Assembly (NCBI GenBank): GCA_023920165.1
Contig: CP089277.1
Span: forward strand, 1,860,001-1,924,000
Origin: Curvularia clavata
Taxonomy: Eukaryota
DNA length: 64,000 bases
Direction of reading: 5' to 3'
In this document: in pieces, positions 12,706-25,473 of the stretch
Position numbering within the stretch: the stretch's first letter is position 1
Layout: each line of letters opens with the position of its first letter
Program-made: the position numbers and the translations under genes
The notes under the pieces: generated by a model
Databases searched by the model: none
The model's input: the letters and a program-made list of their open reading frames with translations, nothing else
What the model was told of the DNA's origin: nothing

Positions 12706-14025
12706 GTCTTGCAAGTGCAAAGGAAGCGCAAGAGGATCTGGATGATACTCAATGCGAGTTGGACTGTGCGTGTCTCCACAAATGGCCGACAATAGATCCT
12801 AAGCCCACAACCATCGAGGTTACAAGAGAGATACTAAGGAGCGACCTATCGTAGGCGACGATGGGTCTGGTGGTGTGAGCTTGAACGGCCCAGATTAATA
12901 CGGCTATTTCACGCGTCAGTGGTCTATGCGTGTATAGAAGGGGAGCACTGGAGCATGAGGTGTTGGAAGTGGACGGGGGTACTAACCTGAGCCAAGCCTT
13001 GGAGGACTAGTGGGACAGATGAGGATAGAGTAGTGTAGTCGAAATGCAATAGCAGCCAAAGTAATATATGCGCACCCAGCAAGGAAGCCGGCTTGTTTGC
13101 AGGGCAAAAGGGACGGCAATGCAAGAGAGTGTTCACGGGCCACTGTGCCTCAGGGCAACGGGGTGATGAAAGGGTTCCCTCTGGATGTGTGGTAACAGAC
13201 GAGGATGTGACCAGGGAGTTTGGGTCGAGGGACAGCTGGCGGATGGCACAGACCCAAGTGAGACAGACGGAGGTTGCGAATTCAAGACGAGGGCGTTTAG
13301 CTGTGGTGAGTCGGGTAGTAAGGAGCGTGAGTGGTCGAGGTGGAGGTGATGACGGGAAACGGGGCACATTATCTGGAGCCTCGCATGCCGTGACACGGGA
13401 GTAGATGGGGGATTTGTGGCCAGCCAAGTTGGAGGGCAAGTAGGGATGATCTCACTATGTAGGTACATGGCGGGCTTGGTCCAGCGGCGGAGAGCATGTG
13501 GAGAAAGATGAATTGTGCTCAGTGCGCTCCCACCATGCTAGCGGACATCGCAGGTGTGCAGGGACATGGGTATCTGCCGCTGAGCGACAATGCCAGGGCG
13601 TCTGTTAGTGGCTGGGGGAGGACGGAAACAGGGGCATCTTAGACGGGGGAGGGCCGGCGTCGCATGCCTCTGAGGCCCTGGGCTACTAGGGCCTTGAGCG
13701 CACGCACAAGAATGCGGCCCGACAGGTCGGCCTAAGCAATATAACGTCGCAGGGGCCCAGCAGGCCGTTTGTGATTGGCCATGGCAACGAAATAAACGGT
13801 TAAATCTGCTACGTCGCTGCTCTGACCACATCTAGGCCCGGTATGGGTAGCAGGAGGTGAGGTCCAATTTGCTGACGAGCCGGCGGCATGTTGTTGTGCA
13901 ACCGAGGAGGATCCGACCATGCCTGCACGCAGCGAGGACGACAAGTGGTGCACGGAGCGACTGGAGTGGAGGGGCTGGACCGCGTGCTGAGGCTGCCGCT
14001 GACCAAGGCGAAGACGATGATGGCA

Positions 14026-14053
14026 TGTTGTTGTTGTTGTTGTTGTTGTTGTT
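14026..14053. repeat. (TGT)n microsatellite, about 9 units
   Basis: tgttgttgttg... read directly; explains the spurious poly-N/poly-C/poly-L ORFs here. Confidence 0.9.
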
Positions 14054-14378
14054 TGGGCGTTGGTGTTGGTGTTGCTGCTGGCTCTTGGCCGTGTTGTGTG
14101 CGAACCGATGACTAAGCCCGACGCGTACAGACAGGTTGCCTTGGCCTGCCTTCCTTGTGCTGGGCTGGCGGGGAGAGGGGAGACTTGTGCTGGTTAGTGC
14201 CGAACAGTGCCGGGTTCGCTTTTTGCATTTGCTGTCCAAGTGCAGGTGGGCACGGCGTATTGCGAGCAGGGTTAGGCTGGCATGCACTCTGCACTTGGGA
14301 GCATGCACCCAGTCGTCCAATGCCGGCTTGCCTTGTGTATGTCTGTGTGTGGATGGATGATGTTCGTAGTAGTATGTA

Positions 14379-14404
14379 ATGTATGTATGTATGTATGTAT
14401 GTAT
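14379..14404. repeat. (ATGT)n tetranucleotide microsatellite
   Basis: atgtatgtatgtatgtatgtatgt read directly. Confidence 0.9.
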
Positions 14405-17400
14405 CAGCTATGTGTGCACGCGCAGGTTTGCGCAGCATGGCGGGGCTGGCTATCCTCTCGAGCTTGCGAGGCAGAAAATGGGCCCTTCTGGTACGAGAGC
14501 TGGTACATGTCGCCATCATGGCCTGTTGCGGCGGATCAACAGATCTGTTTGAAGGGGATCGCGACAAGCATCGGGTCAGGCAAGACGGTCTACTGGTGTA
14601 CTGACTGGGCTTGGACTTTGGGCATGGGCCAAGTCGCCATGGTCCTGTCTGCAGATCTTCTTTGCTCGCGCCTGAGACTTGCCAAAGATGAAACAGCCGA
14701 AGAGAGCCCTGTTCGGAGGGCTGTGGCCGACGACGTCGAAGGCGACGACGACGACGCCAACATACGTCTACGACTATGTACGAGTCGAAGGACTCGATAC
14801 CCCGCCTCACTCAAGAGTCTGATGTCTCAACCGCTACAGGGCTCGCCCATGGGTCGGAATGGGCTCAGCAATCGACGACGATAGTCACCATCACAAGCCG
14901 GTTTCGGGTGCCGGTTAGCCCGGCACCCGTGTCTAGGCCTCTGTGCTGTGTAAGAAGCATCGTGTCTTTGTATAGTAGTATGTCGACTGTGAGACCCTGG
15001 TGACGGAGATTTTGTGGTGTAGTTGGTGAAAACGAGTCGCTGCACATAGCACCGTCGCACCGCCAGCGAGCAGTCTCTGCTGCAAGGCCGCACCATAAGC
15101 ACACCGACATAATCTCCATAGCGCCGCGCCATGGTGCCCCCAAGTGCCGTGCGAGCACATGGGCAGCGACACTTTCTGTCTTTGGACGGCGACGTGTCGT
15201 GTCGCTGGTCCCGGCGTCGTGGTGCTGCTGCTTAGCACCACGCTGGCCGTCGTAACGAGACATTTGCCGAGCACCAGCGCTTGTCGCTACAAACAAGTGA
15301 AGACATTGTCACGTGCCCCTCTCCCACTGCCGGCCCGCTTGGCGCACGTGCAAGGTCCCCCCTGGCTTCGCCCTCCCACGGCTCCTTGCAACCTCGCCCG
15401 CTGGTTGCTGCCCACCACAACGATGCATGCCTTTATCGTCGCCCATTCGATGCGGCTGCCGACAACCCATCCTGGACACACCAAACAGAACCGGCACAGG
15501 TCAGCCCACACAGGCTTACTCTTCCACCCGCCGTTGCGCGTGCAAGAGAAGTGAACGGCGCACACTCCCCCCCTGCCCGGTTCCTGCAGTGGTGCCCCAA
15601 CCGCACGTCGCCGACGACTATACGCTATGCCTCCACCTTTTCTGCTGCTACTACAACCTAGCGGGATCCACGTCTTACGCGTGCATGCTTTCTGCGCTTT
15701 TGGCTTGCCCTACCACGACGTATGTGTGTCCTTCTCCATCTGGGTCCCGTCCATCTGGAAACGGTGACGTTGGTTGCATAACGCCTGCGCCACGCCCTGA
15801 AATAGAAGACGAGCCTCGCACCACGGCCACTTTGTACTCCCCGACGCTGCCCTTCACCGGAGTACCCACTGCACCAAACATGCGCGCGTGCTGCAGTCCC
15901 CTCCGTAGGAACCATCAGTCTCCGTCTATTTCGCTGTCTCCACTTGAATTGCCGCCAATGCATCAGAGGCTCTGAGCAACGGAACATGCCCCCTTTGCAT
16001 CGCAGGGCCATGCTGGCGGTGATGCCGAACAAGTGCGTCCATTTGCTGCCCGGTTTGCTGTGTCCGTTGCTGATCTTTCTTTTCCTACTCTCTGCTCCGA
16101 TGCCTTGACCCTGTTTCTGTACCTGCAGCCCGCACTAGCCGTTTTGGTCATGATACCAAATCCTAGCTGAACCTCCCACACCCCACTCGGACTCAGTCCG
16201 CCGATCCCAACGCTGTATGCACACACAGGCGCAACCGATCAGCATGCGCAGTAAACCGTTCCGCGCTTCGCAACCCTTTTTCATCATGACATCCCGAACA
16301 CGAGTCCAGCCAGATCAAGCCAAGCGTGCCCCATCTTGGCCTCGAGGCCATGCCTCACCTACACTGACCAAAACACACATATGGTGACGCGTGACAGCTA
16401 CAGTGATCGTCCCCACGACACCACCATGTTTCTGGTAATACAAGGACACAGTCGCAGCTTCCTCTCGCTCTTTGGTGACTTTTGTTCATGTTTCTGTTGA
16501 ATGCTTCGCAAGTACTGAGGTATGGTGAACTAGCCCACAAGCCACCGAAAGCTCTGTCCTCTTATCGTCAAATTATCTCATCGACTCGATAAAGCAACCA
16601 AGTACATCAACCGTTTGGAAAATATCAGACATAGTTCATTGGGATGCCTTGGTAGGTCGGAAAGTTTATTCTTGTTCCTCAACCGAAAAGCAAACGTAGT
16701 CGTCTACGTGGCGTCTAAGCCTTTCCCGCTCGCTGGGCTTGGTATCTGGCCGGTATCATCTAGGCCAAGGCTACTTTTATGCTTTCTCGTTACAACAGTA
16801 TCCCGAGAAGGTTTCGCTTTCCTTGATCCGATGGCCTACAGATGACACCGCTGAGACTCAAGGCTAGAATAGCCGGGCTATCACTACGCCCGTAAAATCA
16901 GATCTTCATAACGCCTACGCTAGAACTTCGCTGAAACCTGAATACGACATGTCACTTCCACATGCTAGCATGCCTACAACTATCCGCTGCTATTATCCCA
17001 GGAACTAGTCAGGCAGTCCAAAATCTGCCACGTACTTCAACGGCTTGGTTTAGCTTTCGGGCTGAGATCCAATGCTGCTATGAGGCGCCAGGGATCTCTC
17101 ATTCAACATGGATGACGCACTATGTTGCGGCGCTATGTCGTATGACGGAATTCTCCATGAAGAACCATTTCATAGCATTCACAGTTATTGGTCCTGCATT
17201 GCAGCATTCATCTCCACTTTTCAACAAATGCAGTCGCGCAGCAATTGCACCTGACTGCCGCACTATGTACGGGCATACCTCGCACAAAGGTATATCTGAA
17301 GGCTTGTTTTCTTTGCCAATACCTGCAACTAAGTCCTGCGCCGGTAATGACACGGCTGAGCTCGCACAAGAAGAAGCGGTCAATGCGCCCCCACAAATCC

Positions 17401-18919
17401 CGGCATCAGGGTGTATTAGCAAAGTGCAATAAGAGATGTAGTATGTATGTCAGACCTGACCACTAACTAATCAGAATTCGTTGAGCCCCATCTGGACGCC
17501 ACAATACTCTTTGTACTTAGCCTATAGGGCGGACTAACCTTCTTCCCTTTTGACCGTTTTTTCTCAGCTCATCTCATCAAGAGAGGCTGGGGCTGCGGTG
17601 CCACACACACTCACACACTCACGGCCCGTAAGGTCAACGGTAGCGCTCCCTCGCGCCCGACGATCTAGAGCCACATACGACACGCCCACCCACTCCTATG
17701 AGCCGTGCCGCCCCAGCATGAACTGCTGGCCTAACAAACGGGCGAGATGGAGACGCGGCGTTTAGATGCGAATTGGTGGGTGGTGCCCTGGCATGCACAA
17801 TCCTTCTCGGCTGCTCCCTTCAAACGGGCAGGTGGCCGGACCCTTTCTCTGCTCGTGGCACGTTGAAGGATGCAATTTTTTTTTCTTGGACGATCTCTCG
17901 CAGAGCCAAAGGAAATCGGCTTCATGTCGCGCTGACTCATTTCCTTTTGAACGTTAGTATCAATCCATTTCACACACAATCGCGATGCGGCGCGGGTAGG
18001 CCTCCCCCGGTCCTTCGCAACCGTGCTCATGCAAGCCACAATCGCCCTCTGCTTTACGCCTGCATACACGGGCAGGTCATTACCGAGTGAGACGTCAGGC
18101 AAAAAACCAGGGCCCGGCAATATACCAATCAGGCCCCCAGTCTTCCCTGGTGTTGGGAACTGAGGGCTGGTGCCGTCTAAATGAACAAATAGATGAACAA
18201 ACAATCCATCCATCAACTGCCCGCGATTTTAACAGCCTTGGTATGCAGTTGGACAATGACCTACTTCGCACCGAGTGAAAGGAAGGAAACCCCAGAAACA
18301 AGAAAAGGGGATCGCTTATCCCGCAACCGGGACCACGGGTAAGCCCGGAATATACTTTCGTATTCGTCTTCTCTCTATTTATTTGTTTTTGTTGATACAG
18401 GTCGATGCATACTACACCCCACGAATGTACCTATCTGTATAAGCACTAGTACACTCGGTGCCCGTGGTAGCGCTTTCTTTCTTTCTTTCGTTGTTCGGTG
18501 TTTCTTGGGTTTTGGCCTCCTCGAAGACAAAAAAAAGCAACTTATCTGCCCAAAAAAAAACGCCGGTCCAGAGAAACGGGCCGCTGCCGGCTGTGTCCAT
18601 GCACTCGGGAGAACCAGTAGATCGTGAGGCAAACACAAGAAGAAAAAAAGTCAACCCAAAAAGAACCAGGCAAGCAAAGAATCACGAAAGATCACGGAAG
18701 AAGCTCGTTTTCTTTTTCATTGCTCGTCTTTCGTTCCTTTCTGCCTGCTTGTTTCGTCTGGTCTGAACAGAAACATATACGTCACCACCCTGTACACAGC
18801 TGACGCAGGCATCTCTCTTTTCCACCTAGCGTGGGAAAACCCCCCACACATTGACCGACCATGTGCCGAATGTTTTCTTTTCAAACTGCACGCTAGGTAG
18901 AAGAGGTGAGGCTGAAAGT

Positions 18920-18941
18920 AAGAAAGAAAGAAAGAAAGAAA
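18920..18941. repeat. (AAGA)n microsatellite
   Basis: aagaaagaaagaaagaaagaaa read directly. Confidence 0.85.
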
Positions 18942-20755
18942 AACAAAATCACATGTCAAGACTTCTTCCAATCCCAGCAGCTGAACATGCTGGTTGAAGA
19001 AGTGGAGCGAACGTGTTTGAGCTACTGTACACATGTATCAAACTATCTTGGCAAAGTGATAGATAGAGTAGTCCTTGGGCATCTTCCGAGGAGAGGAGTA
19101 GAAAGCGGTGTGGAAAATACAAGGGGGTGTTTACACAAGTCCCGGGGGAAGTTAGAAATATTCAATCTTGAATTCCAGACTTCTAACCCAATTTTTCTTG
19201 AGATAGTAGCAGATAAGAATGGTGAAAGAGTAGACAAGAACTGCCGTGCTTGGGGAGGCGGGTACGAATTCAGTGACTTCCAACTCGTATTCATCATGAG
19301 ATGTGACTTTGTCCCCCCATTGAGTCAGTTATGATCACCAATTCGTCCCCCCCTCAAACCCATCTATCTATTCCTAGCCCTTCTCCTCCTCTCCCCATAT
19401 CACCATACTCCTAAATTCGTCAAATCCACCATCCTCATCTCTGTCCATACATTCCCAAGCGCACGCCGAGTCGCTAGATAACACATACATGCTTCAAAGA
19501 GCCGCCAGTGAACTCCCCTTCGTAACCATTACCACACCATCGTACAATAGAGTTCTTAGCTGGCCACGCATACACACATGCATCTATTAGATCTCTTCTC
19601 TCTTCCTATTACGCTCCCCCTGTCTTTTGTAGATCGCACAGGGTGGGAAGCACACGTGTAACGGTTTTTCTCATGTACGCGCGGGGAACGGATGCACGGA
19701 TAAGGGTAGCGGGTATGCAATGCATGTAAGTTTGGGAACTTGACTCGTGGAATTGGGAAGGTTGTGACGCGTAGGACACACATACATATCTGCATGCTGG
19801 GGGCCAATTCTGCGGGTGCGAAAGGGTGAGGGAGGAACCGGGTGGAGGAGAAAGTATGTTCTGGGTTTTGGTGGGGATGAGGCGGTGTGTAGGAGAAGTA
19901 ACTAGGTAGGAGGGAGGTTTGCGGAGGGATTTGGATGGTCGAGTGGTAAGTTTTGGGGAGTTGGATTTGATGGTGTGTTGAAGAACTTGAGGAATTCGTG
20001 GTGCATGTATCTTGAACCAAACTGGGTTTCATTTTCAAGTATTGGCTTACAATCTATTTTGGTTAGTATCAAATTTATTTTCACTTAGTTATTGTGTATG
20101 AAACTATCGAGTAGTTTGTCTTTTTCATTTTATATATGATTTGAGGTTATGGCACTACCTACTATAATATAACATGATCATGCGACAGACCTTGAGAGTG
20201 CATCTCTAAACCATATTAGCAGCGAATCGCACTCAATGGATGAAATTCCCACGCAATACATACAAGATAAATTTTGGTATAGAATGAAGATGGACATTAT
20301 AGTAGAGAATTTGTTATATTATATCGATAAAATGAGATGAATTGCGAAGCCCACGTTCAAGTACGAGCAGATTAATTTAGCGAAAGATGAGGATATGGCA
20401 TGTGAGAATCCGAGGGCTGTGAAAGGGTATGCCTCAACGCTTGAAGGAACATTGCCAATTTCAAAATGCTAGTAGTGAATGACTTGAGTCAAATAGAATG
20501 TATAGCATCTCATTACACAACTCTTCTTCCAGATAAAGACGTGTGCTCAAGTAGCTATCCTATCTGTAAAAACGATAGCAATATCGACACACATTCTCGG
20601 AAAGGATGGTTGATAGACACTCCATCTCGGCATAGTTTCACTCATGCTCAGTCTTGCTACGGCACCCACATCAAGGATTCTTGACGTCCCCATGGTGAAC
20701 AACATCGAGACCTTCTGTACTCTGAATTTTGATTGAACGTTCTGTGTGGTAAAGG

Positions 20756-20763
20756 TATATACA
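20756..20763 (-). promoter_or_regulatory. Puf3-type 3' UTR element (UGUAUAUA) of the NB2M mRNA
   Basis: TGTATATA on the minus strand about 70 nt after the NB2M stop; matches UGUA[ACU]AUA. Confidence 0.55.
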
Positions 20764-20832
20764 ATCCCACAGCAACGAAACCCGAAGCAACCGGTACGCC
20801 TAGTTGTGCATGCTCTTCCTCAAATGCATGCC

Positions 20833-21129
20833 CTATGCGTGGTGCTCGTCGTGATGTCCCTTATCTTGGAAGAAGAGCTGCTCAGCAACCACGTATCCAG
20901 CAAATGCGACGGTTGCTATTCCGAGGCCGGGGAAGGCGCCCTTGAAACGGTTGAAGCGCGTGAAGGGACCGGTGTATCGCCATTGTTCACTAGCTGAGCG
21001 TAAGTACATGGCGAAGTATACGAGACAGAAGAAGACATACTATCGCGCCCATGGGTCGCCCTTGGTTCCTCTGCCAGCAGCGGCGGCGAACTTCTTGGGG
21101 TCAAAGCCGGTGATAGAGGGGCGTGCCAT
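20833..21129 (-). CDS. NDUFB3: NADH:ubiquinone oxidoreductase B12 subunit (NB2M/NDUFB3); intron 20990-21040; not in the ORF track
   Basis: Manual splice gives MARPSITGFDPKKFAAAAGRGTKGDPWARYEQWRYTGPFTRFNRFKGAFPGLGIATVAFAGYVVAEQLFFQDKGHHDEHHA*; DPWAR..WRY and FPGLG motifs plus His-rich tail. Confidence 0.92.
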
Positions 21130-21562
21130 TGTGAAGATGCTGCTGAAGTTAGGAATTTCTGGGTTCCTACATGCCAATTGGAATGACGGAGAGACAGGGA
21201 AAACGCACTGAAGGGCCGCGTGAGATGCTCGGGTAAGGCAAAGGCGTTCGCGGTCGCAGAAGCTGTTGGCGTCACGTCCCCGAAGCGGTCGTCAGTCGCA
21301 TCTCGCAGCGTCTTGGCGGGCCATCATGGCGCACGGTCTCTATCCATGCTCACCTCCCCACTCGATTCATTCACACCCGCCCTTACCCCCCATCGCTATC
21401 ACCAGCACCCTCTACGTGTTCTGAAAGTTCCTATTTCTTGTAAACGCCTGGAATCTGGATCGGATCTTTTCCAAAGGGTCTCTCGTTCGCGTCATTCTCA
21501 TCAGATAGCCGCCACTCAGCCACTTGGACCGTCGCGCCAGTCGTACCAACACTTCGCCCACG

Positions 21563-23242
21563 ATGCCGCCTCACGGGGGCCGCTTTCCAGGCCACAACCT
21601 CTCCAATCCATTCGCACATCTCTCCGGCCCAATGCCCCAGCAGCAACAATCGCTGCACCAACATCAGCAACAACAACAGCAACAGAACATGCAACACCCG
21701 GGGTTTGGCGGGGGTAACCAGGCCAACAGCCTGAACCTCTTTGGCCAGCACCAAGGCGGTTTCCAATCGAATGCGGCGTTGAATGCTGGCTTGGGAGGCG
21801 CAGGTCTGGGGGCAGCAGCAGCCATTGGCGGGGCCGGCGGAGGAACAGGACTCGACGGACACGAAGCGCGCATGCGATTTGCCCATGGCGCACAAATACA
21901 GGAGAATGCGGCTCGCGGACACGACGGTGCCAAAGGCATTGTGGGACAACGGATACGTCAAGTCTGGCGCTCCAACCTGCATCAGGAGATGGACATGCTG
22001 CGCTCGCTCATCGACCAGTATCCCTACATCAGCATGGTTAGTCTACCCTTCCCTACAACACATTGCGTATGCAATTGTTGGAGAGCCACATCTTATGCGT
22101 GCACAATCGTGTATCAGTGGCGGTTACGTCACTGCTTTTGTTGGGACAGTCTCTATTCTATTTCTCTCCTGAATTGTCAAACAGAATGCTCACTCTTTCC
22201 ATAGGACACAGAATTCCCCGGTGTTGTCGCGCGGCCAATCGGAGATTTCAACTCAAAGGCCTCATATCATTACCAAACCGTACGCTGTAATGTTGACCTG
22301 CTGAAGATCATCCAGCTGGGCGTCACCCTTTTCAACGTCCAAGGCGACGTTCCCCCAACACACCTCGACACCAACACTCTGACCTACAAGCCCAAGTCAT
22401 TGCAAAGATATGCAAATAACATTGTCCCTTGCCCCTGCACATGGTCATTCAACTTCCAATTCTCCCTAGAAGACGACATGTACAACGAAGAGTCAATCCA
22501 AATGCTAAAGAAGTCTGGCGCTGATTTCGAAAAACATCGCGAGCAGGGTATTGACCCGCAGGAGTTTGGCTCTCTACTCACAACGTCTGGAATGACTCTC
22601 TCACAAGACGTCAACTGGATATCATTCCACTCTGGATACGACTTTGCGTACATGCTGAAGATGCTGACCTCACAACCTCTACCTGAGGACGAAGACACAT
22701 ATCGGAAGCTTGTCAACGTCTTCTTCCCCAAATTACTCGACGTCAAGTATCTCTGGCGGCATGCCAATAACCTTGTCAGGCGTGGTGTCATCGGCTCAAC
22801 AGCCACCAACATACTCAACAATCTAGGCACAAAATCCGGCCTCCAGGATCTCGCCGACGAGCTCGGCTGCCAGCGCATTGGTAACTCGCATACTGCTGGA
22901 TCTGATGCCTGGTTAACAGGAGTCGTTTTCTGGGAGATGAAGAGGAAGATTTTCGATGGATCCGTCCCCGAGGAGATGAGCGGCCACATGTGGGGTCTTA
23001 CCGGCGTTGGAGCCCCGGCCAGCGCAGCTGCCCAGGCCGCCGTTTTGGCCGCACAGGGTGCATCACAGGGCTTATCGGGCTTTCAACAAGGTGTCAATAA
23101 CACTTTCTACCCCGGAAACGCAAGACATGGTGTCGATGGACCTAGCACACCCACTAATCATCCTGCAGGCCTTGCATCCAACACACCAGGACCAACCGGT
23201 ATGATTACGCCCGGAGCTTATAGTGGATATGGCAACAAATAG
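21563..23242 (+). CDS. CAF1: CCR4-NOT deadenylase subunit Caf1/Pop2 (CNOT7), Q/G-rich N-terminus; intron 22037-22204
   Basis: YPYISM|DTEFPGVVARP, YQTVRCNVDLLKIIQLG, WISFHSGYDF, HTAGSDA; DEDDh residues intact. Confidence 0.95.
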
Positions 23243-24189
23243 ATGGTGATCAACCATGGCAGAGGCACGATGTATCCTTGTGGCTACAGCAATGGTCAAC
23301 AGTACCGTGCATTGCAGCGCCCGGGTTAGGGTGATTATCTGCACCACCTCTTTATTCTCCATGAAATCATACCCAGTCCAAGCTTTTTGAGGGTAGCTAG
23401 CCAGTATATCACTGTATTATTCTTTCCCTTTGTTAGCACAGGTGTGGTTTAAAAAAACATAGCGTTTGTTCGGTGTTATGTTGAGGAAGCTCTTGGGCTG
23501 TGATGATTTCACAAAACAAGTGAGGATCTGACCGCCTTCATTGATTAGCTATGTGTAGAGGCATGTACGATAGATACCCGGGAAGTAGCTATGGTGTACT
23601 TGTACATTCGGAGTTTCTTTGCTTTGCTTTTCCTTTCCAATCTTGTCGAGTTTTTTTTTTCAGTCTTTAGCTTTGCATGCTTTTCGCGGTTGCGGGTGTT
23701 GTCCTTTGTGCATTCCCTTTCTCGTCTTCCGCTTTTGAGCATAAGAGATAGAAATCTCATGTTAGTGCGCGTAATTTTGCTATTGTTCTTTCGCGCTCTA
23801 AAGAAGGAACAAGTGCCAGGTGTGTGTTGATGTTCTTCATATGATGCATCTTCGGAGGTTCAAGATGTGACTTTCGGTGTGAACGGGATAAATCAGAAAT
23901 GTGTACAATGGTTGTAGCAGAATAAGATATCACATAGCAGGGAGTACAAGGACCATATCGCAATTAAGTGAGAGCGAAGTAACAGGAATTGTCGATAGCT
24001 GTTACGAAAGTAGAGTTCAAGGACACGGTTTAAACTACCGGAAACTCCATTGACCTATTCCTCCTTCATGAGCCGATGCTTTTTCGAGGCTGATATTATA
24101 AAGGTTTCATGTATATTTATCTGCATAGTAAGGTCGATCATCTCTGAAACAGTTAGCATCTAAGGGATAAATTGGTGTTTTGGGTCACA

Positions 24190-24876
24190 TTACAAATCTG
24201 TGTCAGAGAAACCTTCTGGCCGGCGGAATATTCCACCTCTGTAATACACATTATCGGAACCCATTTCTCTTTCTATTTGTGTCCATATACGGTCGAACTT
24301 CAACTCGACCTCCAGCAATGTCATCTCTTTACCCTCCTTAGGGTCAATAAATAATACGTTCTCCTCACTACAAGGCCAGTAGTCTCGAGAAGCACCGTGC
24401 CAGTGCTCGAAGTCACTTCTTTCGTCGAGGACGACCTGGATTTCAGTTACGTTGGGAAAGTTGCGAAGCCTTTCGTGTCCGCCCAGCCTACTCCACCATT
24501 CACCATAGTGGCCCACGAATTTCAAGCGCTTGATCAAGTGTCCGTTGGCCTTGAAGTAAAAAAGCTCGCTAGTATGGACGAAAATCATGTCGATGTCTAA
24601 GTTCACCCAGACATAGGACTGAAATGTCTCTTTTCCGTCGTTTTTGTCATTTATACTGGAGAGGAAACGCTGGTATAACCCAGCGTTCCGGGATTCTCGA
24701 CAAGTCTGTAACGGTGCTGGTATAGGTGTAGGTGAACTTGGAGCGCATCTTCTCTTTCCATCGCATCCATATTGGTCGAGGTAGCGAATCTCAACGACAC
24801 GAGGTTCCACAGTCATCTCCCATATCTGCAGACGGAGTTCCGCAGGGAGTCGTATAAAAGGGTGAAATGTGGTCAT
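24190..24876 (-). CDS. 2EXR-domain protein
   Basis: MTTFHPFIRLPAELRLQIWEMT...PRVVEI...PAPLQTCRESR...WVNLDIDMI, the typical fungal 2EXR pattern. Confidence 0.8.
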   Translation of the reverse strand: MTTFHPFIRLPAELRLQIWEMTVEPRVVEIRYLDQYGCDGKRRCAPSSPTPIPAPLQTCRESRNAGLYQRFLSSINDKNDGKETFQSYVWVNLDIDMIFVHTSELFYFKANGHLIKRLKFVGHYGEWWSRLGGHERLRNFPNVTEIQVVLDERSDFEHWHGASRDYWPCSEENVLFIDPKEGKEMTLLEVELKFDRIWTQIEREMGSDNVYYRGGIFRRPEGFSDTDL

Positions 24877-25473
24877 GATATGGCGTGAATCTGAAGAACG
24901 GCAATGATACGTAAGAGTTTTGGCGCATGCAGAAACTGAGAAAGGTAATAAAGATGAGATCAGAAGGTACAAAAATATTGCTTTGTGCCTATATATCAGC
25001 AAAAGTTCCGTGAAACGCTGCACAACTCTTCGCCAAGAGTGGATGTTCTTGGCAAGAAGGGAAGCTAACCGCACGTCTATCTGACTAGCCCCCATTGACC
25101 ACCACCTGCCATTTCTGGGATGGCCATGGATTCTGACATTCTACCCGCTAGCTCTAGGTTGTGCTATGTTAGGACTGGGAGCAGACTTCATGTCATCTCA
25201 TTTCGGTGTGGAGACCTAGTCACGAGCAATCCGCAAATCTTAGATACTACTACACTCATTGAGAATATGGCCAGACCAGGCCTAGACGTACGAAGGAGTC
25301 ATTCGGAATGAATCTTTGCTTCTAGCGCCATGTGATTCATCAAGACAATAGTCAAGTAATTGTATTTCACACCTCAGTCAGGACCTATAGCATCGCCGCT
25401 ATTTCTCCCACATCATTTCTCAGTTTGACCTCGCAATCACCGCCTTTTCACCTAGTTGCTTCTGCGCTTCGCC

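Noticed and set aside
12924..16226. Many overlapping 60-230 aa ORFs on both strands
   Set aside because: GC-rich and microsatellite-driven, no domain motifs; typical of promoter/UTR DNA
17400..20000. Telomerase RNA candidate in the long intergenic region
   Set aside because: No UAACCCUAA template found on either strand; CTAACCCAA near 19183 is imperfect
20030..20460. AT-rich block as a RIP-degraded transposon
   Set aside because: No terminal repeats or transposase/RT remnants seen; only moderately AT-rich
23323..23331. GGGTTAGGG telomere-like motif (similar one near 56037)
   Set aside because: Single 1.5-unit occurrences in 3' flanks; expected by chance
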